IMG/VR virus record: IMGVR_UViG_3300034993_000115
Coordinates: 1-58,981 of that record
Origin: a virus
Taxonomy: Duplodnaviria > Caudoviricetes
Length of the DNA: 58,981 nt
Strand: one strand, 5' to 3'
In this document: one piece after another, positions 35,514 to 43,353 of the stretch
Numbering within the stretch: position 1 is the first letter of the stretch
Layout: each line of letters opens with the position of its first letter
Position numbers and translations under genes: made by a program
Notes under the pieces: generated by a model
What the model was told of the DNA's origin: nothing
The model's input: the letters and a program-made list of their open reading frames with translations, nothing else
The model's database searches: none

Positions 35514-36226
35514 TCCGCTACAAACTCACCGACCGCGACGGCTACACCCGGCGCGGCGAGAACAATGAGACACACTGGCGCGAGGGCGCGACCGTTGCAA
35601 TCGACGACGCGAAATTCCCCGGCTCCTCGCTCTGCACCCCGAGCGTGCTGCACTTCTACGATTCGCCGGAGATCGCCGCGCTCATGAATCTGATCCACGC
35701 CGCCATCGCCGACCCGATCTGCTGGGAGGTCGAGGACCACGGGACCGAGTGCTCGCACGATGGCGTCAAGGGCGGCGCGAAACGGCTCACTCCGCTGCGG
35801 CGGGTGCCGCTGCCCGCGCTCACGACTGAGCAGCGCGTCAGGGTCGCAATCCGGTGCGCCCTGCTGCGTTGCCCGGATGACGGCTGGGGCGCAGGTTATC
35901 GCGCCTGGGCCGATCGGTGGCTATCTGGCGATGACCGCACGGAGACGGCGGCGGCGTGGGCGAGGACGGCGGCGGAAGCGGCGGCGCCGGCGGCGGCGTG
36001 GGCGAGGACGGTGGCGGAAGCGGCGGCGGTGGCGGAAGCGGCGGCGGTGGCGGCGGCGTGGGCGGCGGCGAGGACGGCGGAGGCGGTGGCGGTGGCGGCG
36101 GCGGCGGCGGAGGCGGCGGCGAGGACGGCGGCGGCGGCGGCGGAGGCGGCAGTAGGGCTACTAGTTTTCCGCAGTGAGTTGGCCGGGATCTGCCGCGAGG
36201 AGGCTAGTCATGGCACTTCCTTGTGA
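35510..36226 (+). CDS. Hypothetical protein with an Ala-rich repeat C-terminus
   Basis: YKLTD..G.T, LC...LHFY..P..A..N..HA N-terminal domain; GCG-rich low-complexity tract ~35945-36150. Confidence 0.7.
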   Translation: MIRYKLTDRDGYTRRGENNETHWREGATVAIDDAKFPGSSLCTPSVLHFYDSPEIAALMNLIHAAIADPICWEVEDHGTECSHDGVKGGAKRLTPLRRVPLPALTTEQRVRVAIRCALLRCPDDGWGAGYRAWADRWLSGDDRTETAAAWARTAAEAAAPAAAWARTVAEAAAVAEAAAVAAAWAAARTAEAVAVAAAAAEAAARTAAAAAEAAVGLLVFRSELAGICREEASHGTSL

Positions 36227-36476
36227 TTTGGACGCAGCGGTCTACCGCCTCCTCATGAAGGCCGTGGCCGCCGAACTGCTGACTCGGGACCCATCACTGG
36301 GCCGGCGGCACGCGGATCTTCAGGCCGGGCGCCTAATGAAGAGTCTAAAGCACGCTGTGCCGGTTGGGCAATTTAGTCATTCTCTGCGGTACTTCCTCGA
36401 CCGGGCGGTAGCGCAGTTTCACGCGGAGCTGCCCGGCGCGGCGGTGGCGATCATCGAGTGGGAGGACAAGATATGA
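36210..36476 (+). CDS. Hypothetical protein
   Basis: SD GAGGAGG; coupled to neighbours. Confidence 0.5.
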   Translation: MALPCDLDAAVYRLLMKAVAAELLTRDPSLGRRHADLQAGRLMKSLKHAVPVGQFSHSLRYFLDRAVAQFHAELPGAAVAIIEWEDKI

Positions 36477-36796
36477 TCCGAGTTACCGTGGTTGACCTGA
36501 GCGGGGCGCGCCCGGACACCACGCTGGAGGGTGACTTCATCGTAATGTCTGTTCAATCAGCGCATGGCGGGGAACGTACTCGTGCTGAGCTCATGGCCGG
36601 TGATTTCAATCTCAGTGAGGTCCTGGACGCTCTTGCTGGGTTGCTGCTCCAGCTACGGCAATACTTCACTCCTGAGGTGCCGATCGTGTTCTACGTGGCC
36701 TCGCTTCTGGCGGCTGCTCAGCACCTGGCGGAGGTGTCCCGCCCAGAAGCGCCCAATGGGAAGGTCTTCCACCCGCATGCCGGAGGGAACAACTGA
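36473..36796 (+). CDS. Hypothetical protein, paralog of 34975..35304
   Basis: Similar along its full length to 34975..35304. Confidence 0.7.
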   Translation: MIRVTVVDLSGARPDTTLEGDFIVMSVQSAHGGERTRAELMAGDFNLSEVLDALAGLLLQLRQYFTPEVPIVFYVASLLAAAQHLAEVSRPEAPNGKVFHPHAGGNN

Positions 36797-37113
36797 TGAC
36801 CTTCATCGAAGGTCCCTGCGCCATCGAGCACGAGGGCAAGACCTTCGAAGCCGGTGGTGCTTGGCTGCGCGACGGGCGCGGAGTCGTCTACGTAGACGTG
36901 TCGCCCAGCCCTACCCGCCAGCACCGCGTCACCGACTGGCACGGGAAGGTCCTCGCCGCGGCGGAGTTGGGGCCCATCTACTGGGGCAACTATTGCCGGA
37001 TGCGCTCGGTCAGGTTTGACTATGAGGGGGCAGCCTACGTCGGGCGCTACTGCCCAGACGCCGGGGACGCCGTACGGGTACGAGCACTCAAAAAGAAGGA
37101 GGAGGAGTCATGA
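36796..37113 (+). CDS. Hypothetical protein
   Basis: TGATG coupling; biased codon usage. Confidence 0.6.
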   Translation: MTFIEGPCAIEHEGKTFEAGGAWLRDGRGVVYVDVSPSPTRQHRVTDWHGKVLAAAELGPIYWGNYCRMRSVRFDYEGAAYVGRYCPDAGDAVRVRALKKKEEES

Positions 37114-37325
37114 TTGGCTGGCGGTACTGGTGGCGCCGGCTCCTCCCGTGGGTACCGTGGCAACCCTGTTTCACCTGTGGCCGGCTCTTCTGGGGTGGGC
37201 TGCCGCGTTGGTGGTTTTACCGGGTGCGCGTCCTGGACCGGACCTTCTGGCGCTTCGGCCGCACCTGGGAGGCGGCGTGGCAGGACTACTGTTCGACGAA
37301 GTGCCATGACGAGGATGAGTCATGA
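37110..37325 (+). CDS. Trp/Arg-rich small protein with Cys pairs
   Basis: SD GGAGGAGG, ATGA overlap; PCFTCG...YCS.KC. Confidence 0.5.
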   Translation: MIGWRYWWRRLLPWVPWQPCFTCGRLFWGGLPRWWFYRVRVLDRTFWRFGRTWEAAWQDYCSTKCHDEDES

Positions 37326-37392
37326 GCGAAGCCACGCTGGTTTTCCTCGTCGTCTTGTATTGGGCGTTCTTTCACCGAAAGGAGAAGAAGCG

Positions 37393-37632
37393 ATGAGCTA
37401 CACCGTAGTGAATGGCAGGATCAAGAACCCCGGCAAGTTCGAGGGTGAGATGGATTACGTGCCGCACTTCTGGTCACTGATGCTCCAGGGTGAGAGCCTC
37501 TCGAATGGGCCGGTCTACACCATCAAGATCACGGGCGCGGACCGACGCAAGTTTCCGCGCCTCGGCCCGTGCCGCCGGTACGTCCGCTTGCGCGAGGACG
37601 ATCAGGGCTTCGTGCATGAGGTGGGGCGATGA
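37393..37632 (+). CDS. Hypothetical protein
   Basis: PGKFEGE..Y...REDDQGFV motif; SD AAGGAG. Confidence 0.6.
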   Translation: MSYTVVNGRIKNPGKFEGEMDYVPHFWSLMLQGESLSNGPVYTIKITGADRRKFPRLGPCRRYVRLREDDQGFVHEVGR

Positions 37633-37805
37633 GTCCGAAGGGCGCGCTACTCTGGCCGGGGGACCAGGTACTCACGCAGCGGCAGCGGGTACTCCGCTAC
37701 TGGGCGGCGTTCGCGCTCGTGCTCATCGGCTTCGCGCTCGGACTGTCGATGGGGCACACCGCAGGGCTGTGCGATGCTCAGGAGATCATGAGGATGGGAC
37801 GATGA
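37629..37805 (+). CDS. Small membrane protein, paralog of 35304..35513 (not in the ORF track)
   Basis: MSPKGALLWPGDQVLTQRQRVLRYWAAFALVLIGFALGLSMGHTAGLCDAQEIMRMGR; ATGA overlaps at both ends. Confidence 0.65.
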   Translation: MSPKGALLWPGDQVLTQRQRVLRYWAAFALVLIGFALGLSMGHTAGLCDAQEIMRMGR

Positions 37806-37987
37806 AGAAGCTCCAGGGCAGTCTAGTCGGGACGGACGGCAACGCCTTCGCGCTGATGGGGAAGTTCAGAGCCGGCGCAAGGAAGGCTGGTTGGTCGCCG
37901 GAAGAGATTCAGCGGGTGCTCGCTGACGCGATGGCTGGCGACTATGACCAGCTACTCTTCGTGCTGAGTTCGCAGTACGAGGGCTAA
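37802..37987 (+). CDS. Small conserved phage protein (G.DGNAF motif)
   Basis: LVGTDGNAFALMG...A.AGDYDQLL. Confidence 0.7.
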   Translation: MKKLQGSLVGTDGNAFALMGKFRAGARKAGWSPEEIQRVLADAMAGDYDQLLFVLSSQYEG

Positions 37988-37991
37988 GACC

Positions 37992-38249
37992 ATGAGAGAG
38001 ACCATCGTCAATCCGCGCACCCACCTTGACCCCGAGGAGAAGTGCTACCCGCACGGTGGGCAGCACCGGAAGTTCACGGCACGCCTGGGACGCACAGATT
38101 ACCTCGTCACGGGGAAGTGTGGCCTGCCAGACACCTACTTCTCCATCCCCGGTCACGCTCGCATCCGGGGGAAGCGCGTACGAGGCTACGTCACCTATGA
38201 TGGGTTTGGGGACGGCGAGTTCGTCTTCGTCCCCTACGAGGGGTCGTGA
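37992..38249 (+). CDS. Hypothetical protein
   Basis: GLPDTYFSIP..RIRGKRVRGYVT motif; coupled to the next gene. Confidence 0.6.
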   Translation: MRETIVNPRTHLDPEEKCYPHGGQHRKFTARLGRTDYLVTGKCGLPDTYFSIPGHARIRGKRVRGYVTYDGFGDGEFVFVPYEGS

Positions 38250-38551
38250 TGGACTATAAGTTCCTGCTCTTCGACGGCCGCGCCCGCCAGGACCTGGACA
38301 GCGCCGTGGTACTCGAGCTATGCGACACGCTGCTCGAAGCAGTGGCGGCGCTCGACGAGCACCCGCGCTTCGACCCAGTGATCGTGCGCTACGAAGAGCG
38401 CGGCTCGAAGTTGCTGAACCCAATGCTTATCCCCAACCCGGAGCACTTCGAGGAGTTCAAGAAATACCTGCAGATTCATGGACTTACAGAGCAGGAGTTT
38501 CACAGTGCGTTCCCGTCGAAGCTCTTGCTCTTTAAGGGGAGGGGGCGATGA
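38246..38551 (+). CDS. Hypothetical protein
   Basis: Coupled ORF, FLLFDGRA motif. Confidence 0.55.
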   Translation: MMDYKFLLFDGRARQDLDSAVVLELCDTLLEAVAALDEHPRFDPVIVRYEERGSKLLNPMLIPNPEHFEEFKKYLQIHGLTEQEFHSAFPSKLLLFKGRGR

Positions 38552-38658
38552 AGTTCATCTTCCAAGTCGCGGTCCGCGTCGCCGCGGGCTTCGTGCTCTG
38601 TCTCGTCGTGGCTCGTGCCGTCTGGTCGGTCTACGGCGTCTGGTTGAGGTTGCCGTAG

Positions 38659-38934
38659 ATGGCTCACCTCTCGATCACTCCGCCCTGCCCACGCTGTGGT
38701 GCGCGAGAGGCGGACCGGAAGTACCTCGTCTTAGTGTATCTCGGCCGGCTGAATGACCAGCTGCTACTTGCCGTCTACTGCGAGTCGTGCGGGCTGACTG
38801 GGCCGTCTCGTGTAGTCGATGGGACCTGGGAGAACGCGCCGCCCTGGGAGGCGTTCTTTGGGCGATACCCGCAGACCCGCGCGTGGTGGCTACGGGAGTT
38901 GGAGCGCTGCATAGTAGAGGGGTACTTGTCATGA
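38659..38934 (+). CDS. Zn-ribbon protein (Lar-like arrangement)
   Basis: PCPRCG...VYCESCGLTGP. Confidence 0.5.
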   Translation: MAHLSITPPCPRCGAREADRKYLVLVYLGRLNDQLLLAVYCESCGLTGPSRVVDGTWENAPPWEAFFGRYPQTRAWWLRELERCIVEGYLS

Positions 38935-39067
38935 CGATCTACAGCCAGGATGGTCAGCTGATGGAAGGCAAGAAAGCTCATTCGTGCAAGGAGTACCTCG
39001 ATAAACACTAGACACCCTCCCCGGCCTCGCCAGTATCGGGAGTGCCGGGGAGCATGGGGAGGGACGG

Positions 39068-39235
39068 ATGAATCAACAGGAAGCGTGGGAGTGGCTAGCC
39101 GGGAACCGTTCGATGAACAACGTCATCCCGCAAGACCCGCTGGACACGTGGCAAGTCCGGATAGCGCAGGCAGACGCGGCCATGGTGCAGCAGGCGTACT
39201 GGGTGATGAAGGCGCACAAGGAGGATCTGCTGTGA
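39068..39235 (+). CDS. Small hypothetical protein (55 aa)
   Basis: SD GGGAGG; GTGA overlap with the next gene. Confidence 0.5.
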   Translation: MNQQEAWEWLAGNRSMNNVIPQDPLDTWQVRIAQADAAMVQQAYWVMKAHKEDLL

Positions 39236-39681
39236 CCGCGCCGACGCGCATCCTGATCACAGTCGCATCCCACGAGGACGGCACGCGGTGCGGGGAGTGC
39301 CCGCAGCAAAACGCGAACATCAACGCGTACAGCGGGTGTCCGTGGCAGATACGGACCAAGTTTGACGGCGGGGACGGCGGGACGTGTTATTTGCTTCCGC
39401 ACGAATACCTGCGCGGCCCCCTCTGCCTCGCCGCCCAATCCGCCGCCGCCGCTCTGCACGAGGAAGGACGGATCGTGGGGTTGCAACGAATGCGCGGTGC
39501 CATGGTAAAGCGACGGAAGCGGAACCTGTCTCGGATGGAAGCGTTGACTAGCGGGAAGACGGCCTATGGCTGGACCGAGCAGAATTATGCCGACGCCGCG
39601 GGAGAGGACACCTACGTGATCGGTGTCATCGAGCGCATGATTGGCGCAAACAATCGAATCATGACAGGAGGTGCGAAGTGA
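39232..39681 (+). CDS. Hypothetical protein
   Basis: GTG at 39232; Cys-rich N-terminal half. Confidence 0.5.
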   Translation: MTAPTRILITVASHEDGTRCGECPQQNANINAYSGCPWQIRTKFDGGDGGTCYLLPHEYLRGPLCLAAQSAAAALHEEGRIVGLQRMRGAMVKRRKRNLSRMEALTSGKTAYGWTEQNYADAAGEDTYVIGVIERMIGANNRIMTGGAK

Positions 39682-39821
39682 AAAAGGCGCCAAAGGAAAT
39701 CACTGTCTGTCTCCTGGAGGTGGTGGTAATGCCGAACGGCGAGGTGATCTGCGCCGGGAAAAGCCTTGGCTGGGTTAAAACGCTTGGCAAGTTTCTGCGG
39801 GTCACAGGAGGTGCGAAGTGA
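39678..39821 (+). CDS. Small hypothetical protein flanked by 18-bp direct repeats
   Basis: LEVVVMPNGEVICAGKSLGW; ends in TGGAK like the preceding gene. Confidence 0.55.
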   Translation: MKKAPKEITVCLLEVVVMPNGEVICAGKSLGWVKTLGKFLRVTGGAK

Positions 39822-40633
39822 GCGAGACGCCGAGGACGGACGCTGAGGCACAGGGGAAGAAATCCGGCGGGATGGAGTGGGTTCCGGCAAGCTTCGCCCG
39901 CAAGTTGGAGCGCGACCTCACCGCCGCTAATGCGCGGGCGGATGCGGCGGAGGCGAAATACGCAGACATCCAGAAGATAGTCAATGATCATACCGCCGAC
40001 GAAAACGAGTTTGCCGTTGAGTACGAAAAAGCGATCACCGAGAACGAATCCCTCCGCGCCGAGATCGCCCGCCTGACCGCCGAGCTGGAACAGGCGCGGC
40101 GGGAGCGGGGCGATGCGCAAGCGGCTGGAGACATCCTCGCCAGAGAACTTAGCAAGCTCCGCGCCCAGCTCGACACGGCGATGGATCTGCTGTCGAACCT
40201 ACTCGTACCTGGGTTCATCGACAGGGGCGGCGACATAGCTGCGCTCTGCCGTGCAGCCCGCACCTTCCTCGTCACGCTCCAGCCGCGCCCGGAGCGGGAG
40301 CCTCGCCCGCCCGTGGTTTGCCTGTGTGGTTCGACACGGTTTTCCGACGCCTTCCGCGCAGCAAACCTCCGCGAAACGCTGGCCGGGAAAATCGTCCTGA
40401 GCATTGGTTGCGACTTCAAAAGCGACGACGCTCTCGGGTTGACCGAGGAGGACAAGACGCGGCTGGACGAATTGCACCTTCGCAAGATCGACCTTGCGGA
40501 CGAGGTGCTTATACTGAATGTCGGTGGGTACGTCGGAGAATCAACGCGGCGGGAAATCGAATATGCCAACAAAACCGGCAAGCCGATTTTCTATCTGGAG
40601 CCGCAGCGCCCGGAGCGGGAGGGCGGGGCATGA
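39818..40633 (+). CDS. Ead/Ea22-like coiled-coil protein fused to a nucleoside-deoxyribosyltransferase-like domain
   Basis: MSETPRTDA..VPASFARKLER; VCLCGSTRF..HLRKIDLADEVLILNVGGYVGESTRREIEYA. Confidence 0.7.
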   Translation: MSETPRTDAEAQGKKSGGMEWVPASFARKLERDLTAANARADAAEAKYADIQKIVNDHTADENEFAVEYEKAITENESLRAEIARLTAELEQARRERGDAQAAGDILARELSKLRAQLDTAMDLLSNLLVPGFIDRGGDIAALCRAARTFLVTLQPRPEREPRPPVVCLCGSTRFSDAFRAANLRETLAGKIVLSIGCDFKSDDALGLTEEDKTRLDELHLRKIDLADEVLILNVGGYVGESTRREIEYANKTGKPIFYLEPQRPEREGGA

Positions 40634-40962
40634 CCTGGATCAGCGTCGAGGATCTCCTGCCAGTCCCCGGAGTGCCCGTACTCGTGTTCGTCGCTGATGC
40701 CTATGGCGGCAACGTGCCGCGCAACACGTTGCGTCTCCGGGCACAGTACAGCGATGGGAAGAGCCTTGAGAGCGTGGATGAGGACGAAGACGGCGGCGTG
40801 TACGATGAGGCGACTGATACCTATTACGTACGAGAGGGCTGGTATGAGACCAACGAATTTGAGGAGACGCACTGGCGCATTAACGGCACGGTGACGCATT
40901 GGATGCCGCTGCCGGAGCCGCCGGAGCGGGAGGGCGCAAGAAAGGAGGAACCGCCACTGTAA
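40630..40962 (+). CDS. DUF551-family protein
   Basis: WISVEDLLP...VTHWMPLPEPP. Confidence 0.85.
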   Translation: MTWISVEDLLPVPGVPVLVFVADAYGGNVPRNTLRLRAQYSDGKSLESVDEDEDGGVYDEATDTYYVREGWYETNEFEETHWRINGTVTHWMPLPEPPEREGARKEEPPL

Positions 40963-40970
40963 ACTTACTA

Positions 40971-40999
40971 TTTACTTTTTACGCGCGGCGGCGTATTAT
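40971..40999 (+). promoter_or_regulatory. Promoter of the replication operon
   Basis: TTTACT-17-TATTAT. Confidence 0.75.
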
Positions 41000-41019
41000 C
41001 TAGATAAGGGAGACGAGCG

Positions 41020-41184
41020 ATGAAGATGACAGCTGAGTACAAGAAGTACCTCGACGGTCTGCGGGAGAGCGGCGTCGTCAACATGTTCGGCGCGGCGTTG
41101 TACCTCCAGAACAGCTTCCCCGAGCTGACTAGAGAAGGCGCCAGCGAGGTCCTGGGCGAGTGGATGAGGAGCTTCGAAGGATGA
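41020..41184 (+). CDS. Small conserved protein (LD.LRESG..NMFGA motif)
   Basis: MKMTAEYKKYLDGLRESGVVNMFGAALYLQNSF..; 54 aa, below the ORF-track cutoff. Confidence 0.7.
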   Translation: MKMTAEYKKYLDGLRESGVVNMFGAALYLQNSFPELTREGASEVLGEWMRSFEG

Positions 41185-41332
41185 TCGGCGTCCAGCTCAT
41201 CCACGTTTGCGGGCACGACGGTTATCACATCGTACCCTACGCGTTGATGAAGCGACGCGACGAGTTCTATCAGTGGTTGGAGGCGCGGCCCTGTCCGCAG
41301 TGTGAGAAGCCCAAGAAGGGGAGGAAGAAGTA

Positions 41333-41728
41333 ATGGCGGGAAAGACATTCAAGCTGCCCAAGACGCTGGCCGGGGCGGCGGACCTGCTCTACCAGACCCG
41401 GGAGAAGCGGCTGCTACTCGACAAGGAGGTCACCGAACTCAAGAGCCAGGAGACTCAGCTCAAGACGTACCTCATCGACAACCTGCCGAAGTCTGAGGCC
41501 ACGGGTGTGGCGGGGCGGGTCGCGCGCGCAACGATCGTTACGAAAGACGAGCCCACCGTGGAGGACTGGGATCAGTTTCGCGCGTACGTCAAGAAGCACA
41601 ATGCCTGGGACTTACTGCAGAAGCGGGTCGGCGTTACCGCGGTCAAAGCCAGGTGGGAAGAGGGCGAGGAGATCCCTGGCGTCGGGCACTTCCAGTCCGT
41701 GGACGTCTCGCTCAGCAAGGTGAAGTAG
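41333..41728 (+). CDS. Conserved replication/recombination-module protein (coiled coil plus V.DWD.F..Y..LLQKR..IPGV)
   Basis: Motif pattern and position before the SSB-like gene and polymerase. Confidence 0.65.
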   Translation: MAGKTFKLPKTLAGAADLLYQTREKRLLLDKEVTELKSQETQLKTYLIDNLPKSEATGVAGRVARATIVTKDEPTVEDWDQFRAYVKKHNAWDLLQKRVGVTAVKARWEEGEEIPGVGHFQSVDVSLSKVK

Positions 41729-41845
41729 ACGTGGCCAACGCGAACGGCAAGAAGGCGCGGAAGACCGCGAAGGTCAACCGCCACGAGGCTCGGCGCCAGC
41801 GGCGGCGGGCAAAGCAGTCAACCAACAAGCAGGAGGGGAAGTAAC

Positions 41846-42646
41846 ATGGCCAAGCAGAAGCAGGGACCGGGCACGGCAGTGGTCAGCTGGGACAAGGAGC
41901 TGGCGGAACAGGCGCAGGCCGCCGCCAAGGTGGTCGAGGGCATCGGCGTCGGGCAGTTCTTCGGGACGCGCGGCGGGATGCTCACCTGGGCTGGGAACCC
42001 AGTCCCCGGCAGCCAGATGGGCTGCGTCGTCGCGGCCGGCGTGCTGGAGCATGCCTTCTACGAGGGTGACTTCAACCCGGACGCGCCCGCCTCGCCGGTG
42101 TGCTTCGCCTTCGGATTGGACGAGAGCGAGATGGCGCCACACGAGAAGAGCGCCAAGCCGCAGGCGGAGTCCTGCCACGTCTGCCCGAACAACGTCTTCG
42201 GCTCGGCGGACAAGGGTAAGGGCAAAGCGTGCAAGAACATGATGCGGCTCGCCCTCTTGCCGGCGGGGACGTTCACCGCGGCCGGCGTGTTCGAGCTGGA
42301 CGAGGACCCGTCGCACTACCAGACTGCCTCACCCGGATACTTCCGCGTCTCCGTGACTAGCGTCAAGGGCTACGCGGCCTACGTCAATCAGCTCAAGGAC
42401 ACACTGCGTCGTCCGCCCCACGGGGTCGTCACGAAGGTCAAGGTCCAGCCGGACGCGAAGACTCAGCTGCGCACCTCCTTCGAGCTACTCCTGAGTCTGC
42501 CCGACGAGCTGATGCCGGCGGTGATGGCGCGGCACAAGGAGCTGGCCGGCTCGATCGACTTCCCGTACCTGGCGGCGAGCGAGGCGCCGGCCGCGCCGGG
42601 CAAGGGCGGTACCAAGGGCGGTACCAAGGACAAGAAGAAATACTAG
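41846..42646 (+). CDS. Putative ssDNA-binding/annealing protein with a Cys4 Zn site
   Basis: PVCFA..CHVCPNNVFGS...GKACKN..RLA; highly biased codons; upstream of the polymerase. Confidence 0.6.
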   Translation: MAKQKQGPGTAVVSWDKELAEQAQAAAKVVEGIGVGQFFGTRGGMLTWAGNPVPGSQMGCVVAAGVLEHAFYEGDFNPDAPASPVCFAFGLDESEMAPHEKSAKPQAESCHVCPNNVFGSADKGKGKACKNMMRLALLPAGTFTAAGVFELDEDPSHYQTASPGYFRVSVTSVKGYAAYVNQLKDTLRRPPHGVVTKVKVQPDAKTQLRTSFELLLSLPDELMPAVMARHKELAGSIDFPYLAASEAPAAPGKGGTKGGTKDKKKY

Positions 42647-42654
42647 GCGGCAGC

Positions 42655-42774
42655 CGGCTGGCCCGTTCGTGACAGCGACCTGCGGCGAGGATTACCGAGC
42701 GGAAGCATGGCTTGAGTGGGCAGCGCGATAAGCGCAGTCTCAAGTTTGGTCGTATACGGACGACGGGCCGGCCG
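42655..42774 (+). ncRNA. Candidate structured RNA in the intergenic region
   Basis: 12-bp closing stem CGGCTGGCCCGT/ACGGGCCGGCCG enclosing GCGACC/GGTCGT, CTTGAG/CTCAAG and GCGC/GCGC helices. Confidence 0.45.
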
Positions 42775-42796
42775 ATTTCTTGTAAAGGAGGTAGCG

Positions 42797-43153
42797 ATGA
42801 CGTTTGAAGAGTTCGTTGAGTCGAAGATAGACAGCACCGATCTGACGGAATTGCGCGGCGGGTGCTCATGCCACGTCGCACCGCCCTGCCGCAATTGTTG
42901 CGAGCCGATGACTGAGGACGAAGCGGAATTGCTCGGGTGGGAACGGCCGAAAACGGTGGAGGAACAGCTTGCCTCGCACAAGGCGGCGATCGCACATCTC
43001 ATGGCGGCGAACCAGGAGACGATCTCGGTGATGAAGGCGCTGGGCGCCGTCTTCCAGGTCAAGCTGGTGGCGCAGACGCTGCCAGGCGGGAGGATGCGGC
43101 TGCAGTGGGTTCAGGGCAACCGGATCGTCCTCCCCGATGGGAGGGGACACTGA
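42797..43153 (+). CDS. Hypothetical protein with CSCH..PPC..C motif
   Basis: SD AAGGAGG; ATG at 42797. Confidence 0.6.
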   Translation: MTFEEFVESKIDSTDLTELRGGCSCHVAPPCRNCCEPMTEDEAELLGWERPKTVEEQLASHKAAIAHLMAANQETISVMKALGAVFQVKLVAQTLPGGRMRLQWVQGNRIVLPDGRGH

Positions 43154-43353
43154 TGAAGACGGTGCAGAAGGTATCGCTCCTCGATGATTGGGAGAAGCTC
43201 AACAACTTCCTCCGGGCATGTAACGAGCAGGAGGCGAAGGAGTTGCTCGATCACGAGCGAGCCACGAAGAACCGCATGACTACGGTGATGCGGGTCTATA
43301 CCCGGTACTCCCGCTGCCGTCGGCGTCGTGAGCACCAAGAGTTGGTGGGATGA
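43153..43353 (+). CDS. Small conserved protein upstream of the polymerase
   Basis: W..LN..L...E.....LL..E...KNR..R; coupled at both ends. Confidence 0.6.
   Translation: MKTVQKVSLLDDWEKLNNFLRACNEQEAKELLDHERATKNRMTTVMRVYTRYSRCRRRREHQELVG

Noticed and set aside
35760-36177. Poly-Arg and poly-Gly ORFs
   Set aside because: Alternative frames of the GCG-rich tract in 35510..36226
42599-42630. CAAGGGCGGTAC tandem repeat
   Set aside because: Only encodes a KGGT low-complexity tail; no sign of another role
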